Shown in pieces: positions 40,801 through 48,405 of a DNA stretch of 64,000 nt (the first letter of the stretch is position 1; each line of letters begins with the position of its first letter). The DNA is from Ruditapes philippinarum. Taxonomy: Eukaryota. Both the position numbers and the translations under genes were made by a program. The notes beneath the pieces are model-generated. The model searched no databases, was not told the DNA's origin, and saw only the letters and a list, made by a program, of their open reading frames with translations. The stretch is taken from NCBI RefSeq assembly GCF_026571515.1, contig NW_026855894.1:124001-188000 (forward strand), read 5' to 3'.

Positions 40801-43800
40801 ATCCGTTAAAATCACCCAAAACGACTTGTGTTTCAAGCCAGTTCATGGAGATTATTGTAAAGTGCCCACCATCAGTACCGGCATAAATTATTAAAATTCA
40901 GTATTAATTCTTATAAATTGATATAATACGATAGTTTGCGGCTCATGGTTCATACTGTGTGTACAAATTGAAGTCTTTTTGTTGAAAAATACGTCGCACC
41001 AACACAGTGAAGGTCATGTGGCGACTTTCAATCTGACTGCTAAAGGAAGGCATTATGTGTCCTCCGCACTTCTGACACAAGCGGACACCTGAGTAGAAAC
41101 GACCAACGCTCCATAAGCTTACTTGATAAAAGAAGAAGGAATTAAAATAAAGAATAAAAGAATCAAAAGTCTCTGACAGCATTCGAACCTGTGACAGTAA
41201 GGGGCAAGTGGTTTGATAACAACGACTTTGAACGACCTCGGCCATTCATACCCCATGTAAACGACCACACACTGTATCTGTAATCACAAACCTTTGCAAT
41301 GCAACCAAATTTATTATTCTTTTCTTAAAAAAGTCTATATATTCAATATACGGATAGATCGTGTAACATCAATTATATATTTATTATTTATTTTAGCCTC
41401 AAAAACGAATCCTCAACTTAATAATTTACCAGCGACTATAAGTTTTGCCGAAAACACCGCTGCTGATACAGCTCTATTCACGGTGACAGTTGAAGACCCA
41501 GATGCTTTAGACGTACATACGTATTCAATGACAGTTTATCCGAAAACTGCAAGCGCGGCATTTTCACTTGACGCCAATGGTAACTGCGGTTTATTAGTCC
41601 CCTACCGGTTTAACCGGAGGGGACTTTAGGTTTACCCTCCGTCCGTCTGTCTGTCTGTCCGTCTGTCCGTCTGTCTGTCAGTCTGTCAGTCCGTCAGTCC
41701 GTCCGTCCACAAAACTGGATCCCGCGATAACGCAAAAAGTACTGAAAATATTTTTATGAAACTTGATATATGGATAGATGGCAGTATGGAGATTATGCAC
41801 GTCTTTTTTTTTTCTTCCTATGTTGAAAATTCTGGTTGCTATGGCAACAAATAGTCTGAAAATATGGCAAATTTAACACATAAACTGGATCCAGTGATAA
41901 CTCAAAAAGTACTGAAAATATTTTTATGAAACTTGAAATATGGGTAGATGGCAGTCTGGAGATTATGCACATCTTTTTCTTTTCTTCCTCTGTTGAAAAT
42001 TCTGGTTGCTATGGCAACAAATAGCCTGAATTTCAAGATTTCTGATTTAAATTTTTCAGCTTTTTGACTATATGTTCTTTATTTCTTAAGGTGTTTACTT
42101 CAAACTTTAAATATAAGTTCCTGGTCATCAACCACATCATATGTGACAAGGTTTATAACTCTAGCACAAAAAATATCAATATTACCTCCCTTGAACTTAG
42201 ATTTTTTAGGGGAAAAAATGTTGTCTTTTTTAAATAACTTCTTTATTTCCTAATGTATCTACTTCAAACTTCATATATATGTTTCTTATTATCACTCGAC
42301 ATTTTTGAGAAGGTTAAATACTCTAGCAAGACTTATAATTTCCAGAATTATGTCCCCCTTGAACTTAGATTTTTTTCGAGAAACTGGTATTTTCACTCCA
42401 ACTTCTTCATTCCTTACAGGATTTTCTTTAAAATCCCACATCGTAATAATATGACAAGGTTGTATAAACATAATTTCCTTACTAAGCATGGAAACTTAAC
42501 ACATTACTGTGATATAGACAAACTTATTTTATTATGTTTTGTGGTCGATATTTTCAAATACAGACTTCATCCTCAAATTCATTATAAATGGCAATACACA
42601 GGAGTGTATGACAATTAAAGAACTTTTTGAGGGACCGGTAGGGGACTACTGTATTGCCCGCAATACTATCAAATGCTTGTTTTTTATATTTTACAAGCTG
42701 CTGTGGTATTTTTTGGTCAACTTTTTAGACAAACAATATTGTCAATGTGCAATTGAATGACGAAATACGTATTCGATATTGTTGTTTCATTTGTCAACAA
42801 AACTGCTTCAAATGCTGGCAATTATTCATCTAAGTCTTTAGCTATTGGTATTCTTTGTGTAATAATTTTTGCTTGAAATTATTCAATTTTCTATCGTAAG
42901 GTCTTCCTGGAGTCAATGTATTTCTGTATTTAATTCTCTAATTTGAAACTATTTTCATAATTACACTTTTCTTTATTTTCAGCCGGAACTTTGACATTGT
43001 CAGAAGCTCTGGACTACGAGACATTGAATCATTATGAGTTTTTGTTCAGTGTTAGAGATGTATATTTACCTGGACTTGAAGAAAAATACTTAAACCTCAG
43101 CGTGACTGACGTTAACGAAGCTCCAGTACTTACATTACTTCAGACAACCTATGATACAATTGAACAATCAGTAAGTGAAAACATTGACCATTTAAAAAAA
43201 TATGTATTGGAAACCTGAAAGTGTTCTTTCCTGTGGGAGATGGCCAAATTCAAAATAATGTTAATTATGAAAAAGTTATCTGCGCTTTACCTGCAATATT
43301 GAAAATCATGTGTATGGAAGATATGAATAAAAGTATTTTTATTCATTTCCTTAATTTGACGCATTTTTTAAATCTTATTATGCAATGATACAAGTCTAGA
43401 AGCGAAAAAGAAATATGAATTTATTTCTTTTCATAATCGCCCTATCTTATTAAAGCTATTTTATCTTTTAAGGCAGGATATACTGTAGCCACTTTGCAAT
43501 ATTCATGTACTGATGTTGACAACGGACAAACTATGACCATATCTCTATCGTCTGGAACTTACATAGCCTACTTCACTCTCGACCCCGCGACAGGCATAAT
43601 CACGTACGCTCAAGATTGGGACTTTGAAAATGGCGTCGTTCCTCCTCAAACGACCTCCCTAGAGATCACTTGTGATGACGGAAATGGACTGAGTAGTACG
43701 GGGAATATCGTAATTAACATCGCTTTAGTCAACGAATTTTCGCCTGTTTTAAGTACAACATCTGAAGACATTATAATTTATAGTAATCAAACTCTTATTG

Positions 43801-46193
43801 ATCCGTTGTTCACAGTCACTGCCACTGACAGTGACTTTGGAGATGACGGTGTATTTGAATATTCAATCCTTGGAGTTGGAAAAGGGTCAAAATACTTTAC
43901 AATCAGTAGTGCAGGAAGTCTTTTTATATCAAACTACATCGACTGGAGGTACAATGCTACATTTGAATTCACAGTGCGAGTATCAGATGGCGAAAACGAT
44001 CCTAAATATGCACATGTGAACGTAAATGTTACATACCTGACGTCGTTTGAGATACCTATCCCAACTAAAGAAAAGGCAAAGTGCATCCTTTGTACCAACA
44101 TAGGCGTTACTGTTGTATCTATTCTATGTGTGGAAGGCTTTCTTTGCCTCCTGTTTTTCATCCAAATTTGCGTTCGTATGAGGGCATACGAAATATGTCA
44201 ACTAAATCCTAAGCCTAAACTGTAAGTGATATATATGATATCGATTCTGATTTTAAGTTATGATTAATTATTGATTTTATTGATTATATTCATATTACTA
44301 TTGGCTCGTTTATGCTGAAATTTAAAGCACATGGATACCACCTTTAATTCCGCATCTCGGAGCTAACTAGAACTGTTATCAACAGAAGGAACATAGCATC
44401 ATGGCATTGGCCACAGAAGGGCTCAGAATTATCATTTCTGGGTCGAAAGACTGGCGCCTTTACTACTAAGCCACCGCTTTACTTGTAAAAAAGATTTCTA
44501 TGAATAAAGATATTTTAAATTTATTTTATTAGATCTTAAGATAAAAAGAAAGATTGATATGCTTTTCAACCTTTTAGGAATGTAACGTTAACTCACGACG
44601 GCAGTCTACAATCACTTACAGCATAATCTGATTGTCTTGGACAATAAAAGATACTTTGTTTGCTATTTTGAAAAGTAACAACGCAACTAAATAATAAGTA
44701 ATTATAGATATTTAATACAGTACTTTATACATTTTTATGTCGAAGCTTTTTTATTGATCATGAAGATAATCAATACTGCATATTGACTTAAAGCAGTTTT
44801 CACAGTTTTGCGAATCATTGTTTATTACATTTAGATAAATCTATATCTAATTATAATTTATTTCATATTTTCTACATAGAACAACTGTAACGGACATGAA
44901 AAGGGCTATAAATAAAACTATTAAAGAAAATACAGATCCGTAAGTCAAATTTTAAACTATAAACTAGATCCGTAAGTCAAATTTGAAACTATAAACTAAG
45001 ATATATATTACTTGTGAGTTTTTACAAATGGCTCAGATGTGTTTGAACATGATATTAGCATAATCAAGAGTGAAATTTCACTACGCAAAAGAATCTGGGT
45101 ATCATCACAGGATGTTGGAATCTCCCTTAATTTGTTTAAAATATCAAGTTGACTTGTCAATTTCTCAGTCGTGACACTATAAGTATTTTATGGAAAATTT
45201 TGAATTAAGAACTCCCCAATAGCAAATAGTGCCCGAAACGATCAGACGGTGATGCGTGCCAATCTTTATCTGCGCTCTTCAACTGGTTAGATTTAGGTGC
45301 CATTGAAAGGCTAATGCTTAAACAATAGCTTTTGAATCAAAAATATATAACCCCAAATTATATATTTGAATGAAACTGTATTTCAAAATTTATGAGTATC
45401 TTTATTTTACATTGAATATTTACTTTAGGTATAGACCAGGTTCAGAAATGATGAACCGAGCACTGCCTGATGAAAGACCTCCTTCGCCTTTTACTTACAA
45501 CGCTCCACCAAGAGTAACTGTCGAGCCACCTCCTGCTGCCGAATACATTCCTCTAGAAGCGACAATCAACCTGAATAATGTATCTGACCCTTCGAAACCC
45601 AACAGCAGAAAACGTAAATTAAATTCTACAAGTATCACAAATAAGGCAACGAAAGTTAACAATGCACCATCGCTCTTCCAAAATAATTCTTTGGCTACAA
45701 ATGCAATGAATCTTCCTTGGGGTACTAATGAAACAAACAAGTACGAATTCACAACTGGAGACGCAATGCTTTCAAGACCAGCAATCGCGGCCATTGATGC
45801 TGAAAGGTTCAGTCCTTTGTTTTCAAGGCCCGATGATTCAAAATTATATAGGTAAAGACGAACATATAATTGTTTAAATTTTTAGTTTAGGAAAACTAAA
45901 CATTTAACAAACATTTCCTAGTCATTACAAGCAATGATGTATGTACATATATTACATTACTTTGAAGAAAATAAAATAATGAAAATACTAGTATATGCTG
46001 ACATTTACTTTATCACTTCGTAAACATACATTGAAACTAATCAAAATGTTTCTTAAAATTAAAATTCATCTGGAATGTCTTTTCATATAACTTTATCATA
46101 GACATATCAATGCTGTTATTTTTACCAATTTTCAGTGACGATTCAAAGTATGTACGTGACATTGGTGCACCAGTTACTGCCATGGACTTCTAA
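14585..46193 (+). CDS. Gene B: atypical cadherin-like type I membrane protein, ~1450 aa, ~11 cadherin-like repeats, TM, ~190-aa tail without a catenin-binding domain
   Basis: 22 coding exons traced: 14585-14791, 26909-27129 (frame-disrupted), 28277-28432, 28886-29005, 30154-30357, 31012-31160, 32205-32394, 33057-33272, 34377-34532, 35331-35456, 36078-36251, 36957-37099, 37459-37654, 39113-39274, 40272-40415, 40565-40696, 41397-41579, 42983-43170, 43473-44221, 44880-44939, 45429-45851, 46136-46193; phases are compatible from 28277 onward. Confidence 0.9.
16603..16973. mobile_element. Degenerate MITE with taaagg...cctttaa ends (Kolobok-like)
   Basis: taaaaggaactcca vs tggactgagtccctttaa imperfect inverted ends. 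Confidence 0.5.
17118..17783. mobile_element. Degenerate Helentron-associated/pearl-like non-autonomous element
   Basis: tgaccttg core, (gaca/gact) microsatellite and terminal hairpin gcctgtcaccatt...aatgggcatgggc before an A-rich end. Confidence 0.5.
18204..19920. mobile_element. Helentron-associated/pearl-like element with ~180-bp internal tandem array (~6 units, ~18760-19915)
   Basis: Recurrent tgtgaccttgaccttggaggtaggg...atttgtgccaagttatttcaaaatccc...aaagttatggaccggaca. Confidence 0.75.
18410..18753. mobile_element. hAT-like MITE nested in the element above
   Basis: TIRs cagggattttt / aaaaaatccctg; flanks ctttgc / ctttga (near 6-bp TSD). Confidence 0.65.
19957..20807. mobile_element. 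Helentron-associated/pearl-like element with ~155-bp internal repeats
   Basis: aacaagaggg start, four ccctggggcggggcc...ttttatttgaacaaac units, (ggac)n, terminal palindrome gctcacc-tgtcac-ttt-gtgacaggtgagc. Confidence 0.8.
20865..21106. mobile_element. Fold-back MITE (~105-bp arms)
   Basis: atatgagccgcgccatgacaaaaccaacata... mirrored by ...tatgttggttttgtcatgacgcggctcatat. Confidence 0.9.
21130..23575 (-). ncRNA. Putative nested antisense spliced non-coding transcript (exons ~23575-23471, 22213-22024, 21420-?)
   Basis: Minus-strand donors AAG|GTTTGT (23470) and GAG|GTACAT (22023), acceptors tatgtttcag (22214) and atatttcag (21421); CpG-rich patch at 23390-23820, CpG-poor body; no open frame. 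Confidence 0.35.
22297..22529. mobile_element. hAT-like MITE, CAGTG termini, 6-bp TSD TTTAAG
   Basis: cagtgtttcgaaattag / ctaattttcttacactg; tttaag on both flanks. Confidence 0.75.
25098..26165 (-). mobile_element. Solo LTR (Gypsy-like), 1068 bp
   Basis: TGTTAC...ATTACA ends, 4-bp TSD ATAC on both sides; minus-strand TATAAAAA (~25750) and AATAAA (~25275). Confidence 0.8.
25857..26021. repeat. ~24-bp tandem repeat (aaaacgggtagaaaactatctacc, ~7 units) inside the solo LTR
   Basis: Direct reading. Confidence 0.9.
26500..26765 (-). mobile_element. Degenerate tRNA-derived SINE
   Basis: Minus-strand cccgcgtagcta head and ggttcgagcc B-box, A-rich tail. Confidence 0.5.
26909..27129 (+). CDS. Gene B exon, Cys-rich, ending [18 protein letters not shown]; contains stops/frameshifts as assembled
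   Basis: Exon-like composition, aag acceptor, gtatga donor; position equivalent to 33057-33272; no fully open frame. Confidence 0.55.
28277..28432 (+). CDS. Gene B exon ([15 protein letters not shown]...MFDLNT)
   Basis: Open frame, 156 nt like the equivalent exon 34377-34532; weak donor gtagcg. Confidence 0.7.
28886..29005 (+). CDS. Gene B exon ([39 protein letters not shown])
   Basis: tttcag / gtatgt, 120 nt, open; C..RR..C hairpin as in 35331-35456. Confidence 0.85.
30154..30357 (+). CDS. Gene B exon ([11 protein letters not shown]...LDLNT)
   Basis: ttccag / gtaaac, open frame; C..TP.C motif as in 36078-36251. Confidence 0.85.
31012..31160 (+). CDS. Gene B exon ([18 protein letters not shown]...[19 protein letters not shown])
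   Basis: AG / gtaaga, ends phase 0, joins 32205 in frame. Confidence 0.85.
31252..31405. repeat. Degenerate ~20-bp tandem repeat (aaatcgtgaattcatgaag)
   Basis: Direct reading, ~7 units. Confidence 0.7.
31829..31906. repeat. (GA)n microsatellite
   Basis: Direct reading. Confidence 0.95.
32205..32394 (+). CDS. Gene B exon ([21 protein letters not shown]...)
   Basis: AG/GT bounded; paralog of 28-217. Confidence 0.9.
33057..33272 (+). CDS. Gene B exon ([32 protein letters not shown]...[12 protein letters not shown]); not in ORF track
   Basis: AG/GT bounded; paralog of 440-655. Confidence 0.9.
34377..34532 (+). CDS. Gene B exon ([13 protein letters not shown]...)
   Basis: AG/GT bounded; paralog of 1546-1701. 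Confidence 0.9.
35331..35456 (+). CDS. Gene B exon ([13 protein letters not shown]...[19 protein letters not shown])
   Basis: AG/GT bounded; paralog of 2894-3019. Confidence 0.9.
36078..36251 (+). CDS. Gene B exon ([14 protein letters not shown]...[11 protein letters not shown])
   Basis: AG/GT bounded (weak gttttt donor); paralog of 3539-3709 plus one codon. Confidence 0.88.
36957..37099 (+). CDS. Gene B exon ([19 protein letters not shown]...[18 protein letters not shown])
   Basis: AG/GT bounded; paralog of 4185-4327. Confidence 0.9.
37459..37654 (+). CDS. Gene B exon ([19 protein letters not shown]...)
   Basis: AG/GT bounded; paralog of 5545-5740. Confidence 0.9.
37696..37756 (+). mobile_element. 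3' fragment of the SINE family seen at 47197-47447
   Basis: caccagtaaagctggaaagtcgccatatgaccaatactgtgttggtgcgacgtaaaa. Confidence 0.75.
38250..39069. mobile_element. MITE-like element with two internal ~110-bp repeats; same core at ~27220-27335 and ~63122-63300
   Basis: Ends ggcggttgatttgt / acaaatcagcctc; aaagtgatccctcggaagcattaatcac...tctgtacatgagggataat at 38443 and 38680. Confidence 0.65.
39113..39274 (+). CDS. Gene B exon ([14 protein letters not shown]...[11 protein letters not shown])
   Basis: AG/GT bounded; paralog of 6320-6481. Confidence 0.9.
40272..40415 (+). CDS. Gene B exon ([14 protein letters not shown]...QCLS)
   Basis: AG/GT bounded; paralog of 7200-7343. Confidence 0.9.
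40565..40696 (+). CDS. Gene B exon ([16 protein letters not shown]...[11 protein letters not shown])
   Basis: AG/GT bounded; paralog of 8231-8362. Confidence 0.9.
40980..41245 (-). mobile_element. tRNA-derived SINE (diverged)
   Basis: Minus-strand tggccgagg A-box, ggttcgaat B-box; body similar to 47197-47447. Confidence 0.7.
41397..41579 (+). CDS. Gene B exon ([20 protein letters not shown]...EDPDALD...FSLDAN)
   Basis: AG/GT bounded; paralog of 8650-8832. Confidence 0.9.
41591..42681. mobile_element. Helentron-associated/pearl-like element
   Basis: Subterminal IRs agtcccctaccggt / accggtaggggact, (gtcy)n microsatellite, two ~170-bp core repeats, 3' hairpin gtattgcccgcaatac, T-rich insertion site. 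Confidence 0.85.
42983..43170 (+). CDS. Gene B exon ([17 protein letters not shown]...DVNEAP...TIEQS)
   Basis: AG / gtaagt; canonical cadherin Ca2+ motifs. Confidence 0.92.
43473..44221 (+). CDS. Gene B large exon: two membrane-proximal cadherin repeats, CxxC, transmembrane helix
   Basis: Contains ORF 43494-44225; motifs [32 protein letters not shown]; hydrophobic [25 protein letters not shown]. Confidence 0.93.
44880..44939 (+). CDS. Gene B 60-nt cytoplasmic exon ([20 protein letters not shown])
   Basis: catag / gtaagt, phase 2-2, links flanking exons in frame. Confidence 0.8.
44934..44997 (+). repeat. 32-bp tandem duplication spanning a splice donor
   Basis: agatccgtaagtcaaattttaaactataaact x2 (1 mismatch). 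Confidence 0.9.
45429..45851 (+). CDS. Gene B proline-rich cytoplasmic exon ([27 protein letters not shown]...DDSKLY)
   Basis: Within ORF 45370-45855; tttag / gtaaag, phase 2-2. Confidence 0.88.
46136..46193 (+). CDS. Gene B terminal coding exon ([18 protein letters not shown])
   Basis: tttcag acceptor, in frame, homologous to 12252-12309. Confidence 0.88.
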
Positions 46194-46586
46194 CTCTATA
46201 TCTGAAAACGTTCCCATCGACATAATACATATTGCACATTGAAATTGTGGGCAACTATACTCAGATATTTTGCAAAAGTCGTACAGGTTTTGTTATCATG
46301 TTATTGCTGTTTAATTTGATGAGTTTATCAACATCTTTTACGTGTATGTCTTTGTGTAACGTTTGATAAACTTTTACAGCAGAAGTATGGTTGTGTTGCA
46401 GATGACAAATTATTGCTTTTTATCTTATTTTTCTTCAACTTATACATGTTTATTGCTTTGTTTGTTTAATTCCTGGATTTGTTTGTATCTTTATTATATT
46501 TTTGCTTACACGTGATCTTACTACGCAATATGTTCTTTAAAAGAAATCTTTTTACTAGTATTAATTTATTTTTACTTGTAAATCAT

Positions 46587-46795
46587 CGCCTCCGTGGTCG
46601 AGGGGTTGGAGTCGATGACTTCTAATCCAGTTACATCTCATGCGTTGGTCCGATCCCGGGAGATGCTTTGATGGTTTAGCACGGAGGAAAGTAGTCTAGT
46701 ACAGGTATAACTCTCCGGAAACGATGGTTAAGAAACTATCCGCCTATATGACTGAAATACTGTCGGGAAAAAGTGTAAAATGACAGAAAAAGACA
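46587..46795 (+). mobile_element. Degenerate tRNA-derived SINE
   Basis: gcctccgtggtcgaggggtt head, ggtccgatccc B-box-like, A-rich tail. Confidence 0.5.
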
Positions 46796-47196
46796 AACAC
46801 TATGTACCCTTTCATAGGTACACGTAGATTTTCCTTTTGTAATTAAACAAACAAACAAAAGGAAGAAGAAAGAGAAAGTTTTGTATTTATGAAATTACAA
46901 GGGTTATAACTTGCATAAAAAGTAAATTGTCATTGACCTATAAAATTGTTTGACAATTATTTAAATCGAAAGAATGTTTTAAATGCCTAAGGCTTTTGAG
47001 TGTTTTGTTACTTCTTTTGCATTTTTGAATAACTTTGTATAGATGACAAAATAGTTGACATCTACTTATTTAATGATGTATACATGTAATTCATTTCATT
47101 GTCATATACGTATGTTAATATATTAATTGTGTTACTACATTTTTTTCAAGCAAAACTGTTAATTAAAATGCAAATATTGTATTTGTGATATACAAA

Positions 47197-47447
47197 TTGC
47201 ACATCGACACAGTATTAGTCATATCGCGACATCCCAGCTTTACTGGTGGAGGAAGACCTAGGTGCCCTTCCGTGCATTATTTCAGGCACCATTGGGCACC
47301 TGAGGAGAACCACCGACGTTCCGTAAGCTAGCTGGATAGCTTCCTCATGTGAAAGACTCCAAAGTCCCTGTCGGGATTCGAACACACAGCGGTGAGGGGC
47401 AATTGGTTTGAAGTCAACGACCTTAACCACTCGGCCAAGGACGCCCC
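47197..47447 (-). mobile_element. tRNA-derived SINE, near full length
   Basis: Minus strand ggggcgtccttggccgagtggttaagg (A-box)...gttcgaatccc (B-box) followed by a non-tRNA body shared with other copies. Confidence 0.88.
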
Positions 47448-48179
47448 TGTAACATACAGTAAACAATGGTGGTTCTGCAATGATAGGTTACTGCTACCAA
47501 GAAACGTTATTATACTTTTAAAGTATAACCTGTAGATATTTATGTTTTGTCTTTCTTTCTCCTTAAATTTGTTTCAATATATTTAGCATGAAAGTGTTCC
47601 TCTTCATATGGAGAACACTTAAATACATTACATGTTATTACACAATCAGCATACGTTTTCTTGGTTTGTTTGAAAGAAAACTACCCATTTCATTCGTACT
47701 CATCAATATTTTAGGAATGAAACAAGACAGAACCATATTTGCGACTGTCTTGATTTGAATAACAAGAAGCACGCCCTTACAAACATTAAAGTTAATTTTA
47801 TATTGTTTGAAAATTCGTTTAATAAATCGATACCCTACAATTGAGAGGGTTAAATGCCATTTATATTTTTGATAACTGTACACATAGTAAACATGTATCT
47901 TTTCAATAATTATAAACTACTTAATGCTGGTATTTTTGATGTTATTTTTTTTGTACCTCGCCAAGCAACAGGTTTTTGTTAGTTTAAATGAAAATCCAAA
48001 TAAATTTCGTAAATGTTAATTTGTTGACATGCTTTGTTTATAACCTCTTAACATTATGTAAGGAATTGCGTGTCTAATCCCCCCATACATGTTTTATTGT
48101 ATGTGAGTAGAAAGTGTACATGGATTCAATGTCGTACACCGTTATGCTTCTTGTTAAAATTTTGTCAGTGGAGTGGTGT

Positions 48180-48405
48180 AGGGTCATCTTCGCCAGAGTG
48201 GTCGCTGGCTTCAAACCACTTTTCCCTCACCGCTGTGGGTTCGAATTCCAGTAGTGACTTGTGATTTTTTCGTGTGATGAAGCTAAACAGCTAGCTTACA
48301 GGACCTGGGTGGTTTTCGTCAGTTGCTCGTTTGTGCCTAGAATAATGCAAGGAGGAACACCTCAGATCTTCCGCCACGAGTTAAGCTAGAAAGGCGCCAT
48401 ATAAA
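48180..48405 (+). mobile_element. tRNA-derived SINE, same family as 47197-47447, diverged
   Basis: cctcaccgctgtgggttcgaat, cagctagcttac, aataatgca, aaagg/tcgccatat shared. Confidence 0.8.

Noticed and set aside
28-43170. Dscam-like or clustered-protocadherin-like array of alternative exons feeding one constant region
   Set aside because: Each copy has its own TM, tail and stop exon in order, so they are separate genes
28-46193. Genes A and B as an uncollapsed haplotype or assembly duplication
   Set aside because: Introns differ in length and do not align, and several exons are near synonymous saturation; these are old paralogs
46176-46193. AMDF resemblance to the gastrin/CCK C-terminus WMDF-amide
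   Set aside because: Cytoplasmic end of a membrane protein, no Trp, no Gly-Lys-Arg amidation signal
14585-46193. Assigning PCDH15, CDH23, Fat or CDHR gene symbols
   Set aside because: Repeat count alone is not diagnostic and no family-specific juxtamembrane or tail signature was recognised
47370-47447. tRNA gene
   Set aside because: A/B boxes run into a body shared by several dispersed, diverged copies; this is a SINE head
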